From a virus: a stretch of 64,000 nt of DNA. Made by a program: the position numbers and the translations under genes. The notes under the pieces were generated by a model. It saw nothing but the letters and a program-made list of their open reading frames with translations. It did no database searches and was not told the DNA's origin. The stretch is from IMG/VR virus record IMGVR_UViG_3300046028_008994, one strand, 5' to 3'. This document shows positions 8,392 to 18,888 of the stretch, one piece after another (within the stretch, counting starts at the first letter, position 1; each line of letters begins with the position of its first letter).

Positions 8392-11300
8392 ATGCCAATT
8401 TTTTACCCTGACATATTAGAACATAATAATCCCGATAGGGCTTTAGTTGATATAACTCAATTAAGAGGAAATAGTTACCCTTTAGGATCACTATCAGAAA
8501 CAGGTTCAATTCCTGATAATAAAAGAAAACTAGGAGCTATTATATTTGTATCTTCTTCACAAGAATTTTATGGTTTTTATGGTCAAACAACAGGATCATT
8601 AGATTGGGATAGTACATCAAATTGGAGAACCCTATCAACATTTTCCGGTTCTTACACAGGATCATTTTCCGGTTCTTTTATAGGAAATTTAACAGGTACA
8701 TCTTCTTATTCTACAAACGCTTTAAGTTCATCATTTGCATTAACAGCATCATTTGCCTTAAATGCAGGAACAACTATAAGCACAGGTTCATTCGTAACAA
8801 CTTCAAGCTTTAATTCATTTACTTCAAGTTATAACACAGGATCATTCACTGGTAGTTTTACCGGCTCATTACTTGGTACTTCAAGTTTTTCTATAAGTTC
8901 ATCTCAATCAATAAGTTCATCATTTGCATCAACCTCTTCATTACCATTACGTGGAATAATAACAGCTTCAGCAAATAATACAACCCTAACATTTACACGA
9001 GGAGATAACACTACATTTGATGTAACCGTTTCACAGTCTGGATCTGTATCAACAGCATCTTATGCTTTATTTGCAGAACAAGCTTTAAGTTCTTCATTTG
9101 CTTCAACTGCTTCATTTGCTCCAAGTTATACTCTATTAACAACATTTAATAATTTTACTAGTTCTTTTAGAACTGGATCTTATACAGGATCATTTACAGG
9201 TAGTTTATTAGGTACAGCAAGTTACGCAAATCAAGCCTTAAGTTCTTCATTTGCATCAACCTCTTTAATAGCAACTAGTTCATCATTTGCTTCAACAGCA
9301 TCTTATTTAAATACATTAAATCAAGATTTAACATTTAACGGTAATTTAACACTAAACGGAACAGCAAGTATAACTTATTTAAATATAAGTTATGAATCTG
9401 CTTCAGTAATATATTCATCAGGATCAAACCAATTTGGTGATGCAACTGATGATACACAAACCTTAATAGGAAGAACTATTGTAAGTGGTAGTTTTGAAGT
9501 AACAGGTAGTACTAATATTCCTTCAATAACAGGCTCATTATTAGGAACAGCATCATATGCTAATAATGCTTTAAGTTCATCTTATGCAACAACATCATCT
9601 TATGTGCTAAATGCTATAAGTGCAAGTTATGCATCTAGTTCAACAAGTGCGTCTTATGCGGCGACTGCTTCTTTCGTAACAACAGCTCAAACTGCATCTT
9701 ATGTATTACAAGCAGTAAGTAGTTCATTTGCTTCTACAGCCTCAAGAGCAACTAGTGCTTCATATGCTGCTACTGCTTCAATAGCAACAAGTTCATCTTA
9801 TACTTTAAGTTCATCATATGCCTTAAGTGCATCATTTGCTCCAATAAATACTACAGGTTCATTTACTGGATCGTTTACAGGAAGTTTATTAGGAACAGCT
9901 TCCTATTCTACAAATGCTTTAAGTTCTTCATTTGCATTAACTGCATCTTTTGCTCTTAATGCAGGAACAACTATTAACACAAGTTCATTTGTAACAACTT
10001 CAAGTTTTAATGCTTTTACAAGCTCATACAATACAGGTTCATTCACAGGATCCTTTACAGGTTCATTTTTAGGAACGTCATCATTTGCATTAAGTTCCTC
10101 AAGAGCTATAAGTTCATCATTTGCTACTACTTCATCATTTGCTGTTAGTAGTTCATATGCTCTTAGTGCATCATTTGCTCCAACTAACACTACAGGTTCA
10201 TTCACAGGCAGTTTTACAGGTTCATTGTTAGGAACAGCCTCTTATGCTAATAATGCTTTAAGTTCTTCTTTTGCAACAACTGCATCATTACCACTACGTG
10301 GTGTGATAACAGCTTCAGCTGCTAATACAACCATAACATTTACACGAGGAGATAACACTACATTTGATGTTACTGTATCTCAATCCGGATCTGTAGCAAC
10401 AGCATCTTATGCTTTATTTGCAGAACAAGCAAGATCATCTTCATATGCAGCAACAGCATCAGTATTATTAGGAAGTGTTGTTAGTTCAAGTTACGCTGCA
10501 ACAGCATCTATTGCTACAAGTGCTTCTTATGCTTTAAGTGCATCATTTGCTCCAACAAATACAACAGGCTCATTTACAGGCTCATTTACAGGTTCGTTTT
10601 TAGGAACTGCCTCTTATGCTACAAATGCTTTAAGTGCATCTTATGCTTTAAATGGTGGTGTAACTCAATTATTAGCAGGTCCTAATATTGTTTTATCACC
10701 AATAAGTGGTTTAGGACAGGTTACAATAACAGCTAATTTAAGTGGAAGTACTTCATTTAATACATCTACCGGTTCTTATGGTAGTTTTTACTCTACACAA
10801 ACACAGACAAATGTAGCAGGAACAGCTAGATCAATGTCTTTGAATGTGACTGACATTACTAATGGAGTGTCTATTTCAGGATCAACAAACCCCTTCAATA
10901 CCTATATTAAAGTACAAAACCCAGGAGTTTATGACATACAATTCTCAGCACAAGTAGATAAAACAGACAGTGGAACAGATGAGATATGGATATGGATTAG
11001 AAAAAATGGAACTGACATAAGTGATTCTGCTACATCTGTAGAATTACAAGGTAATGGTGCTCACTATGTCGCAGCATGGAATTTCTTTGTTAATGCTGCT
11101 GCAAATGACTACTTTCAATTAATGTGGTATTCACCTGATGCTAACGTACGATTACATGCAGAATCAGCATTTGGAGTAGTACCAGGCATACCTTCACTTA
11201 TTGTAACAGCAAATAGAGTAGATCAATTTTTATCAAACACAGGTTCATTTAGTGGTTCATTTAACGGTAATTTTACAGGTTCATTATTAGGTACAGCTTC

Positions 11301-12459
11301 TAATGCAATAAGTTCTTCTTATACATTAACTGCATCTATTGCTACTAGTGCGTCTTATGCTGCGACTGCTTCGTATGTAGTTAATGCTTTAACAGCATCA
11401 TATGTAGTAACTGCTCAAACAGCATCTTACGTACTAAACGCTGTTAGTTCATCATTTGCTTCAACAGCCTCTATAGCGACAAGTTCATCATTTGCTTTAA
11501 CAGCATCATTTGCTCCAACAAATACAACTGGATCATTTACAGGTTCATTTACTGGAAGTTTATTAGGTACTGCTTCTTATGCTACAAATGCTTTAAGTTC
11601 TTCATTTGCAACCACCTCATCTTTTAGTATAAGTTCTTCATTTGCAACATCTGCTTCATTTGCTCCAACAAACACTACAGGATCATTTACAGGTAGTTTT
11701 ACAGGTAGTTTATTAGGAACAGCTAGTTGGGCATCAAATGCTTTACAAGCAATTAGTTCATCATTTGCATCAACTGCTTCAATATCAACTAGTTCATCAT
11801 ATGCCTTAAGTAGTTCATATGCATTAAGTTCATCATTTGCTATTAGTAGTTCATATGCCTTAAGTGCATCATTTTCTCCAACAAACACAACAGGGTCTTT
11901 TACAGGCTCATTTACAGGCAGTTTATTAGGAACAGCCTCTTATGCTAATAATGCTTTAAGTTCTTCATTTGCTTTAACTGCTTCCTTTGCACCTGCTTAT
12001 ACAACTTTAACAGCGTTTAACAGTTTCACTGGATCATTTAGAACAGGATCATTTACAGGATCGTTTACAGGAAGTGTTTTAGGAACTTCATCGTTTGCTA
12101 CTCAAGCATTAAGTTCTTCATTTGCTTTAACATCCTCTATAGCAACAAGTTCTTCATTTGCTTTAAGTTCTTCATTTGCTTTAACAGCATCTTATGCTTT
12201 AAATGCAGGATCAGGAGGATTAACAACAAAATCAGGTAACGTAGCAAATACATCATTTACAGGAAATCCTAAAAGAGCAACTGTTACTTTTTCAACACCA
12301 TTTACAAACAATAATTATGCTATAACAATAACAGGAGAGGATTCAAGAACTTGGACTATAGATAGTAAAGTATCAGGAAGTTTTATAATAGATACAAACA
12401 GTAGTACTAATTTAGCTGGGACTACTTATTGGATTTCTGTAGCTTATGGTGAAAGTTAA
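8392..12459 (+). CDS. Large Ser/Thr-rich fibre protein with internal C1q/TNF-like domain and small C-terminal beta domain
   Basis: Dozens of TGSF/SSSFA/TASYA repeats; non-repetitive domain at about 10770-11220 (GVYDIQFSAQ, IWIRKNG, DYFQLMW). Confidence 0.75.
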   Translation: MPIFYPDILEHNNPDRALVDITQLRGNSYPLGSLSETGSIPDNKRKLGAIIFVSSSQEFYGFYGQTTGSLDWDSTSNWRTLSTFSGSYTGSFSGSFIGNLTGTSSYSTNALSSSFALTASFALNAGTTISTGSFVTTSSFNSFTSSYNTGSFTGSFTGSLLGTSSFSISSSQSISSSFASTSSLPLRGIITASANNTTLTFTRGDNTTFDVTVSQSGSVSTASYALFAEQALSSSFASTASFAPSYTLLTTFNNFTSSFRTGSYTGSFTGSLLGTASYANQALSSSFASTSLIATSSSFASTASYLNTLNQDLTFNGNLTLNGTASITYLNISYESASVIYSSGSNQFGDATDDTQTLIGRTIVSGSFEVTGSTNIPSITGSLLGTASYANNALSSSYATTSSYVLNAISASYASSSTSASYAATASFVTTAQTASYVLQAVSSSFASTASRATSASYAATASIATSSSYTLSSSYALSASFAPINTTGSFTGSFTGSLLGTASYSTNALSSSFALTASFALNAGTTINTSSFVTTSSFNAFTSSYNTGSFTGSFTGSFLGTSSFALSSSRAISSSFATTSSFAVSSSYALSASFAPTNTTGSFTGSFTGSLLGTASYANNALSSSFATTASLPLRGVITASAANTTITFTRGDNTTFDVTVSQSGSVATASYALFAEQARSSSYAATASVLLGSVVSSSYAATASIATSASYALSASFAPTNTTGSFTGSFTGSFLGTASYATNALSASYALNGGVTQLLAGPNIVLSPISGLGQVTITANLSGSTSFNTSTGSYGSFYSTQTQTNVAGTARSMSLNVTDITNGVSISGSTNPFNTYIKVQNPGVYDIQFSAQVDKTDSGTDEIWIWIRKNGTDISDSATSVELQGNGAHYVAAWNFFVNAAANDYFQLMWYSPDANVRLHAESAFGVVPGIPSLIVTANRVDQFLSNTGSFSGSFNGNFTGSLLGTASNAISSSYTLTASIATSASYAATASYVVNALTASYVVTAQTASYVLNAVSSSFASTASIATSSSFALTASFAPTNTTGSFTGSFTGSLLGTASYATNALSSSFATTSSFSISSSFATSASFAPTNTTGSFTGSFTGSLLGTASWASNALQAISSSFASTASISTSSSYALSSSYALSSSFAISSSYALSASFSPTNTTGSFTGSFTGSLLGTASYANNALSSSFALTASFAPAYTTLTAFNSFTGSFRTGSFTGSFTGSVLGTSSFATQALSSSFALTSSIATSSSFALSSSFALTASYALNAGSGGLTTKSGNVANTSFTGNPKRATVTFSTPFTNNNYAITITGEDSRTWTIDSKVSGSFIIDTNSSTNLAGTTYWISVAYGES

Positions 12460-12481
12460 TAAATAAAGTTATAAATAAAGT

Positions 12482-13645
12482 ATGATAAAAATAAACTCAA
12501 ATTCTCTTAATTTAAAAGGAGGAAAAACATTAGTTGGTGATTTTGAATATGAATTTGGTAATACATCATTTACATTTAATGGTCAGGTTCGAACAATAAT
12601 CCAACAATCAGACGGAAAATTAGTAGTTGGAGGAGATTTCACAACATACTCTGGTTCTGCTAATGATTACATTGTTAGAATAAATCCTGATGGAACTAAG
12701 GATACAACTTTTAATATAGGAAATGGTTTTAATAACTTTGTTTTATCAATAATTCAACAATCTGATGGCAAGTTATTAGTTGGAGGAGATTTCACAACAT
12801 ATTCTGGTTCTGCTAATAACAGAATAGTTCGAATAAATACTGATGGAACTAAGGATGCAACTTTTAATATGGGAACAGGTTTTAATGGTATTGTTCGAAC
12901 AATAATCCAACAATCTGTTGACAAGTTAGTAGTTGTAGGAAATTTCACAACATACTCTGGTTTTACTAATAACAGAATAGTTAGACTAAATACTGATGGA
13001 ACTAAGGATGCAACTTTTAATATGGGAACAGGTTTTGATGTTTTAGTTTTATCAATAATCCAACAATCAGACGGAAAATTAGTAGTTGGAGGAGATTTCA
13101 TAACATACTCTGGTTTTGCTAATAACTACATTGTTAGAATAAATTCTGATGGAACTAAGGATACAACTTTTAATATAGGAACAGGTTTTAATGGTTTTGT
13201 TCGAACAGTAATTCAACAATCTGATGGCAAGTTATTAGTTGGAGGAGATTTCACAACATATTCTGGTTCTGCTAATAACAGAATAGTTCGAATAAATACT
13301 GATGGAACTAAGGATACAACTTTTAATATGGGAACAGGTTTTGATGCTTCTATTATTCCAATAATCCAACAACCAGACGGAAAATTATTAGTTGGAGGAA
13401 ATTTCACAACATACTCTGGTTCAGCTAATAACAGAATAGTTAGACTAAATTCTGATGGAACTAAGGATGCAACTTTTAATATAGGAACAGGTTTTAATGA
13501 CATTGTTATTCCAATAATCCAACAATCTAATGGCAAGTTTTTAATTGGAGGAAATTTCACAACATACTCTGGTTCTGTTGCTGAGCGTATGGTTCTTATT
13601 AATCCTGATGGAACTACGGGTGGTCAAACTAGAAGAATTAATTAA
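12482..13645 (+). CDS. Delta-60 (DUF5122-like) repeat beta-propeller, 7 blades
   Basis: Seven 51-aa repeats QxDGKLxVGGxF...IVRxNxDGTKDxTF. Confidence 0.9.
   Translation: MIKINSNSLNLKGGKTLVGDFEYEFGNTSFTFNGQVRTIIQQSDGKLVVGGDFTTYSGSANDYIVRINPDGTKDTTFNIGNGFNNFVLSIIQQSDGKLLVGGDFTTYSGSANNRIVRINTDGTKDATFNMGTGFNGIVRTIIQQSVDKLVVVGNFTTYSGFTNNRIVRLNTDGTKDATFNMGTGFDVLVLSIIQQSDGKLVVGGDFITYSGFANNYIVRINSDGTKDTTFNIGTGFNGFVRTVIQQSDGKLLVGGDFTTYSGSANNRIVRINTDGTKDTTFNMGTGFDASIIPIIQQPDGKLLVGGNFTTYSGSANNRIVRLNSDGTKDATFNIGTGFNDIVIPIIQQSNGKFLIGGNFTTYSGSVAERMVLINPDGTTGGQTRRIN
12575..13615 (+). repeat. Seven tandem repeats of about 153 bp
   Basis: Near-identical DNA units, period 153 bp. Confidence 0.9.
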
Positions 13646-13664
13646 CTAATATTTATAATAAACA

Positions 13665-15284
13665 ATGCCAATATTTTTTACAGACTCAGCGAGTATAGAT
13701 AATTTAAGTGTAACAGGAAGTATAAGAATTTCAGGTTCACTTGTAGTTAACGGAACTATCTCTGGTTCGTTAAGTGGTACTTCATCATACGCTACAAATG
13801 CTTTAAGTTCATCATTTGCTTTAACATCGTCTATAGCGACAAGTTCATCATTTGCATCTACTGCTTCATTTGCTCCAGCATATACAACCCTAACTTCTTT
13901 TAATAGTTTCACTGGATCATTTAGAACAGGTTCGTTTACAGGATCGTTTACAGGAAGTGTTTTAGGAACATCAAGTTATGCTACTCAAGCCTTAAGTTCA
14001 TCATTTGCAGCAACCGCTTCATTATTATTAGGAAGTGTAGTAAGTGCTTCATATGCATCTACTGCTTCTATTGCAACAAGCTCTTCATATGCGGCGACAG
14101 CATCATTATTATTAGGAAGTATTCAAAGTGCATCGTATGCCTTAAGTTCTTCTTACTCATTAACAGCATCATTTGCTTTAAATGGTGGTGGAGGTGGGCC
14201 TGCGTTTCCGTTTGTAGGAGCTGCTGTAATAACAGGAAGTTTAATAGTATCAGGTTCAAGTAATACTGTAGGAATAATAGGAAGTGGATCGAATATATTT
14301 AACATTTCAGGTTCACAAGGAAGTATATTTCAAGTATCAGAAAACGCAACATCAGAATTATTAACAGTTACTTCAGCTTCAGTTGATGTATTATCTGTTA
14401 CAACTACCGGTGCTAGTATAACTGGTAGTTTAAGAGTAACTAGTGGAATAACAGGATCTTTATTAGGTACTGCATCTTATGCAACTCAAGCCTTATCATC
14501 TTCGTTTGCAATAAGCTCATCAAGAGCTGTTAGTTCATCATTTGCTTCTACAGCCTCTATAGCGACAAGTTCATCATTTGCATCTACAGCATCATTTGCT
14601 CCTGCTTATACAACTTTAACCACATTTAATAGTTTTACTAGTTCTTATAGAAGTGGATCATTCACAGGTTCATTTACTGGAAGTTTGTTAGGAACATCAT
14701 CTTTTGCTACAAATGCTCTAAGTTCTTCATTTGCATCTACAGCATCTTTTTTATTAGGAAGTGTAGTTAGTGCCTCATATGCATTAACAGCATCATTCTT
14801 ATCAGGAAATGCAATAAGTTCATCATTCGCTTCAACTTCTTCTTTACCTTTACAAGGCATAATAACTGCATCAGCATTAAATACAACAATAACATTTACA
14901 AAAGGAGACGGAACAACATTCCCTGTAACAGTATCTCAATCAGGATCTATAGCAACAGCATCTTATGCTTTATTTGCAGAACAAGCTTTAAGTTCTTCAT
15001 TTGCATCAACAGCATCTTATGTTTTAGGTGGTGGTTCTGGAACAGTAACTTCTGTTGCTGCTTTGACAATTAGTACAACAGGTACTGATGTAAGTAGTTC
15101 AGTAGTGAATCCAACTACAACACCTGTTATTACTCTTAACATACCTACTGCAGATGCTACAAATAGGGGAGCATTAAGTCCATCAGATTGGACTACATTT
15201 AATGACAAACAAAAAGCAATCACAAGCGGAACAGCAGCACCTTCAGGCGGTTCTGATGGAGATATTTATTTACAATATGTTTAA
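13665..15284 (+). CDS. Ser/Thr-rich fibre protein
   Basis: Same repeat units; fibre-type C-terminus (GTVTSVA...TTTPVITL...GALSxxDW; PSGGSDGDIYLQY). Confidence 0.7.
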   Translation: MPIFFTDSASIDNLSVTGSIRISGSLVVNGTISGSLSGTSSYATNALSSSFALTSSIATSSSFASTASFAPAYTTLTSFNSFTGSFRTGSFTGSFTGSVLGTSSYATQALSSSFAATASLLLGSVVSASYASTASIATSSSYAATASLLLGSIQSASYALSSSYSLTASFALNGGGGGPAFPFVGAAVITGSLIVSGSSNTVGIIGSGSNIFNISGSQGSIFQVSENATSELLTVTSASVDVLSVTTTGASITGSLRVTSGITGSLLGTASYATQALSSSFAISSSRAVSSSFASTASIATSSSFASTASFAPAYTTLTTFNSFTSSYRSGSFTGSFTGSLLGTSSFATNALSSSFASTASFLLGSVVSASYALTASFLSGNAISSSFASTSSLPLQGIITASALNTTITFTKGDGTTFPVTVSQSGSIATASYALFAEQALSSSFASTASYVLGGGSGTVTSVAALTISTTGTDVSSSVVNPTTTPVITLNIPTADATNRGALSPSDWTTFNDKQKAITSGTAAPSGGSDGDIYLQYV

Positions 15285-15338
15285 CATATTTATATATGCA
15301 TAATCTATAATCTAAAAAACAATACAATTAAATAAAAT

Positions 15339-15545
15339 ATGAAAGTAATTAGTAAGACGGAGTCATTTCTATATCTATCAGATGGTGGAGATTGGGCATT
15401 ACAAGTTGGTAACGAAAGTTTTGAGATACTACCACAAGCAGGTGGTTTGGTATATCAATCGGGAGTTAATCTTGACAATTTAGCTAACCTAATCATAGAG
15501 GCAAAAGAACACGCAATACAAAATGAAATAATATGGCAGCAATAA
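15339..15545 (+). CDS. Hypothetical protein, start of a GC-shifted module
   Basis: ORF after a class L motif; overlaps the next gene. Confidence 0.55.
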   Translation: MKVISKTESFLYLSDGGDWALQVGNESFEILPQAGGLVYQSGVNLDNLANLIIEAKEHAIQNEIIWQQ

Positions 15546-16381
15546 CAGACTTATCTGATTTAATTAACAGACAATCAGGCGGCAATAGTGGTACTCCTGA
15601 AAATATCTTTTTTCACAAAGTACCTCGTGTTGCAGGTGTTACTGCAACTTCACCAATATCAGGTAGGGGATGTTCTCTTTGGGAGTATGATGGTATGCCT
15701 GCAAAAGGTGCAGTCCCAACAATAGGTTCAATACCTGACCGTACAACTCAGGGTGCAATACCTTTTACTGCCGCAGGTGGTGGTAGAGATAAACACTTAA
15801 TTGGGGCATCTATTACACCATTAACCGCAGGCGTGTATTTATTGTACGATAGGTTATTTCACGAGGGTGGGTTAAATGCAACTTTAACATCTGCACAAAC
15901 AATTCAAGGGTCAACTCCAACTCCTGCATTAACAAGGAATACGGGAGGTGCAGGGAACATAGCGTTTTATGAAATTTACACTATTATAGGAACAACATCT
16001 ACAACTCTCACAATGACCTACACAAACCAAGCAGGTACGGGAAGTAGAACATCAACTATTAACATAGGTGCAACGGGTTTCCGTGAGGTTACAAGAATGC
16101 AAAGAATACCTTTAGCAGCGGGTGATAGTGGAATACAAGCAATAGAGCAAATACAATTAACTGCTACTACGGGAACTGCAGGTAACTTCGGTATAACCAT
16201 TGCTCAACCTTTGGCTTGGATACCTGTTGGGGCAGGTGGTACAATGGGGTGGAGAGATTACACAACAGGATTGCCCGGCATACCCGTTATTGACCCTAAT
16301 GCTTGTTTAGCACTAATGTTTATTCCAAGTGCTGCAACTGCACCTGAATTATTTGGTTCATTAGCAACAATTGAAAAATAA
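15533..16381 (+). CDS. Putative fibre/receptor-binding accessory protein; paralogue of the next gene
   Basis: Shares GGLNATLTxAQT, YTNxAG, IPLxAGDxG, TATTGTAGNFG and IDPxACLA with 16381..17190. Confidence 0.65.
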   Translation: MAAITDLSDLINRQSGGNSGTPENIFFHKVPRVAGVTATSPISGRGCSLWEYDGMPAKGAVPTIGSIPDRTTQGAIPFTAAGGGRDKHLIGASITPLTAGVYLLYDRLFHEGGLNATLTSAQTIQGSTPTPALTRNTGGAGNIAFYEIYTIIGTTSTTLTMTYTNQAGTGSRTSTINIGATGFREVTRMQRIPLAAGDSGIQAIEQIQLTATTGTAGNFGITIAQPLAWIPVGAGGTMGWRDYTTGLPGIPVIDPNACLALMFIPSAATAPELFGSLATIEK

Positions 16382-17190
16382 TGGCACTAACAGACTTTGA
16401 TGAATATGTAGAAAAGCTAAAAGAAAATCGTGTTGCAGATTTTCAGCTATCCACATCAATCGCTAGAACTTTGCGATTGAACGCAAGTTGGCAATCTTTT
16501 AATCCTGCACCTGCCGTACCTACTACAAGCGTTGCTCTTAATAAGGATTCTGCACAATCAATGGGACCTATCCCTGACATATCAACAGGGCGACTTACAT
16601 TTTTGGGCGGTAGATTTAATACTTCAACATTTGGCGCAGGCGGTATGCTTTTAGTTGATTTGTTAAATGTTAGCGGAGGACTGAATGCTACTTTAACAAC
16701 AGCTCAAACAACCAACTTACCAACCGCACCATTAACAAGATATACATCGGGTGAGGGAGTTATGGCAGGGATAGTAGTTTATACACAAGTAGGAAACACA
16801 GTTACAACGGTAACAATAAGCTACACAAATTCAGCGGGTGTGAGTGGTAGAACATCTACTGCCACAACAATTGGTGCAGGTTTTTATAGAGAAGTAGGAT
16901 TGTTAATTCCAATACCATTACAAGCAGGTGATACAGGTGTGGAAAGTATTGAATCAGTAACCGTTACTGCCACCACAGGAACGGCAGGCAATTTTGGGGT
17001 GTGTATGTTCAAGCCTTTAGCAATGATTTCATTGGAAAGTGCAACAGGTGCAATGCCATTAGATTCAGTTAGTACAGGTTGCATTATCGGTTCTTTGGCA
17101 GAAATAGACCCTGATGCTTGCCTTGCAATTAGTGTATTTTCTGCAGTATCAACATCACTAACAGGTGCTATAATTTTAACAGAAGCATAA
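16381..17190 (+). CDS. Putative fibre/receptor-binding accessory protein; paralogue of the previous gene
   Basis: Same shared motifs; translationally coupled. Confidence 0.65.
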   Translation: MALTDFDEYVEKLKENRVADFQLSTSIARTLRLNASWQSFNPAPAVPTTSVALNKDSAQSMGPIPDISTGRLTFLGGRFNTSTFGAGGMLLVDLLNVSGGLNATLTTAQTTNLPTAPLTRYTSGEGVMAGIVVYTQVGNTVTTVTISYTNSAGVSGRTSTATTIGAGFYREVGLLIPIPLQAGDTGVESIESVTVTATTGTAGNFGVCMFKPLAMISLESATGAMPLDSVSTGCIIGSLAEIDPDACLAISVFSAVSTSLTGAIILTEA

Positions 17191-17191
17191 A

Positions 17192-17383
17192 ATGGCAACA
17201 AGAAGATTATTTGATGGGGCGCAGATTGAAATAGGACAAGTACCTATTGAGCTACCAGTATCTGGAAACATAATGTGGATTAAAATAGCAGGTGTGTGGA
17301 AAGATGCTATAACATGGATAAAAGTAGCTGGGGTATGGAAAACTGCAAATCCAAAAATTAAAATATCAGGAGTTTGGAGGTAA
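17192..17383 (+). CDS. Small protein with three IKxxGVW repeats (fibre-tip type)
   Basis: WIKIAGVWK, WIKVAGVWK, KIKISGVWR. Confidence 0.6.
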   Translation: MATRRLFDGAQIEIGQVPIELPVSGNIMWIKIAGVWKDAITWIKVAGVWKTANPKIKISGVWR

Positions 17384-17463
17384 AAACTGAAAATGATATA
17401 TCAGAAATAGAATAAACACTTATAATACGTTACTTAACAGTTAAATTATTAATTAAATAAAAA

Positions 17464-17706
17464 ATGAAAGCTAAAGAATTTTTAAATGGAAAAACATTAA
17501 CAGCAGTAGAAACTGTAAATAATTTAATCATAAACCTAGTAATAGAGGAAACACTTTATGGATTAAAAATAGATACATCATCTATCCTATCAGGAACAAA
17601 ATTAATTAGAACTAACCAGTTTGAAATTCAAGATGATATTTTAACTGTAGGTATTATATCAATGGATTTAACAACAACTGATATGTTGGCTAAAGACATT
17701 GAATAA
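17464..17706 (+). CDS. Hypothetical protein
   Basis: ORF with A-rich leader. Confidence 0.55.
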   Translation: MKAKEFLNGKTLTAVETVNNLIINLVIEETLYGLKIDTSSILSGTKLIRTNQFEIQDDILTVGIISMDLTTTDMLAKDIE

Positions 17707-17762
17707 TAAAAAATAATACATTAAGTTTTAAAAAATCAATATTTTTTATATATTTATAATAA

Positions 17763-18560
17763 ATGGCTTTAAATCTTTCAACAACAGGTATAGTAGACGG
17801 GCAGATAATAAATGCAGCTCAAATAACTCAAAGTATAGACGCTTTAACAGGAACGGAAGCATATGATATCACCATCTCAGGTTCTTTTACTTTAGTAGGA
17901 ACAACAGGTAGTGGAACTTTTAACCGTTCAATTCAAACATTACAAGTAGAACCAAACACAACGATTCCATTAACTGATAGAGAATATAATATAGCTTTTT
18001 TTAACTCAACATCTTCAACTCCTACACCGTTAAAATGGAGTGGAACAGGTCCTTCTTTTAATCCGGTTACAGAAACATTAACAGTAACAAATTTTCAAGG
18101 TACTGCTTCATTTTGTGCTACTTCATCTTTAGCACAAACAGCATCTTTTTTAAGTGGTTTTCCATTCCAATTTGCTCCTTCATATGTTGATATTAGTAGT
18201 GGTACAAATCCACCAATTAATCCTTATAATGTGGTTGGAGGAAATAAATCATTTATATTTTTAAATCAAATAGGAACTGGATCTGTAGGATTGTTATTTT
18301 TACCATCATCACAAGATGGACAAATAATTAATTTTGCTGTAAGTAATGTACAATCAACTTCATTAGATTATTCACAAATTAGTATTACTGCTTCAGGTGT
18401 AGCTATTTTTGGATATAACAATTTAAATATTCCTTTAGGAGGAAGTGATACATTAGATGATTTAACGTTAAATCCAGCAACAGATAATCGCAATGGGTTT
18501 CAATTTATGTACAAAACAACACCAGTCCCAGGATGGTATTATATATCTTACGGACAATAA
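17763..18560 (+). CDS. Probable virion fibre/decoration protein
   Basis: Class L motif; ISGSF and TASF units like the neighbouring fibre genes. Confidence 0.6.
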   Translation: MALNLSTTGIVDGQIINAAQITQSIDALTGTEAYDITISGSFTLVGTTGSGTFNRSIQTLQVEPNTTIPLTDREYNIAFFNSTSSTPTPLKWSGTGPSFNPVTETLTVTNFQGTASFCATSSLAQTASFLSGFPFQFAPSYVDISSGTNPPINPYNVVGGNKSFIFLNQIGTGSVGLLFLPSSQDGQIINFAVSNVQSTSLDYSQISITASGVAIFGYNNLNIPLGGSDTLDDLTLNPATDNRNGFQFMYKTTPVPGWYYISYGQ

Positions 18561-18576
18561 TAATATTTATAAACAT

Positions 18577-18828
18577 ATGGAAAAAACAGTTTTAACAACA
18601 GAAGAGTTACAATCATTAAAAGGTTTTCAAACAACAAGAAGTCAAATCATTAATGATTTTGGTGTAATTGAATTTCAAATTCAAGAATTAAAATCACAAA
18701 AAGAAATGATAATAAAAGTACTTTCAGATTTAAAAATCGAAGAAAATAAAGTTAGCCAACAATTGCAAGAAAAATATGGAGAAGGAAATATTGATTTAAA
18801 CAGTGGAGAATTCATTAGTTTAAATTAA
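18577..18828 (+). CDS. Small coiled-coil protein; start revised to MEKTVL
   Basis: ATG follows the class L motif at 18563; ends KYGEGNIDLNSGEF. Confidence 0.7.
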   Translation: MEKTVLTTEELQSLKGFQTTRSQIINDFGVIEFQIQELKSQKEMIIKVLSDLKIEENKVSQQLQEKYGEGNIDLNSGEFISLN

Positions 18829-18888
18829 TTTTTAAAAACATCTACCATATTTATTACAGAACAATAAATAAAATAATAAATAAATAAC

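Larger units (their letters stand above)
6850..15020 (+). repeat. Dispersed coding repeats shared by three fibre genes
   Basis: ALNAGTTIxTxSFVTTSSFN block x4; LPLxGxITASA...VTVSQSGS...ASYALFAEQ block x3; many GSFTGSFTGSLLGTASY units. Confidence 0.9.

Noticed and set aside
12575-13615. Diversity-generating retroelement or CRISPR interpretation of the 153-bp repeats
   Set aside because: The repeats are in-frame coding units, differences are not adenine-specific, there are no unique spacers, and no reverse transcriptase or cas operon is in the window.
6777-15284. Calling the Ser/Thr repeat proteins ice-nucleation proteins
   Set aside because: They lack the InaZ AGYGSTxT 16-residue periodicity; ice binding is kept only as a testable possibility.
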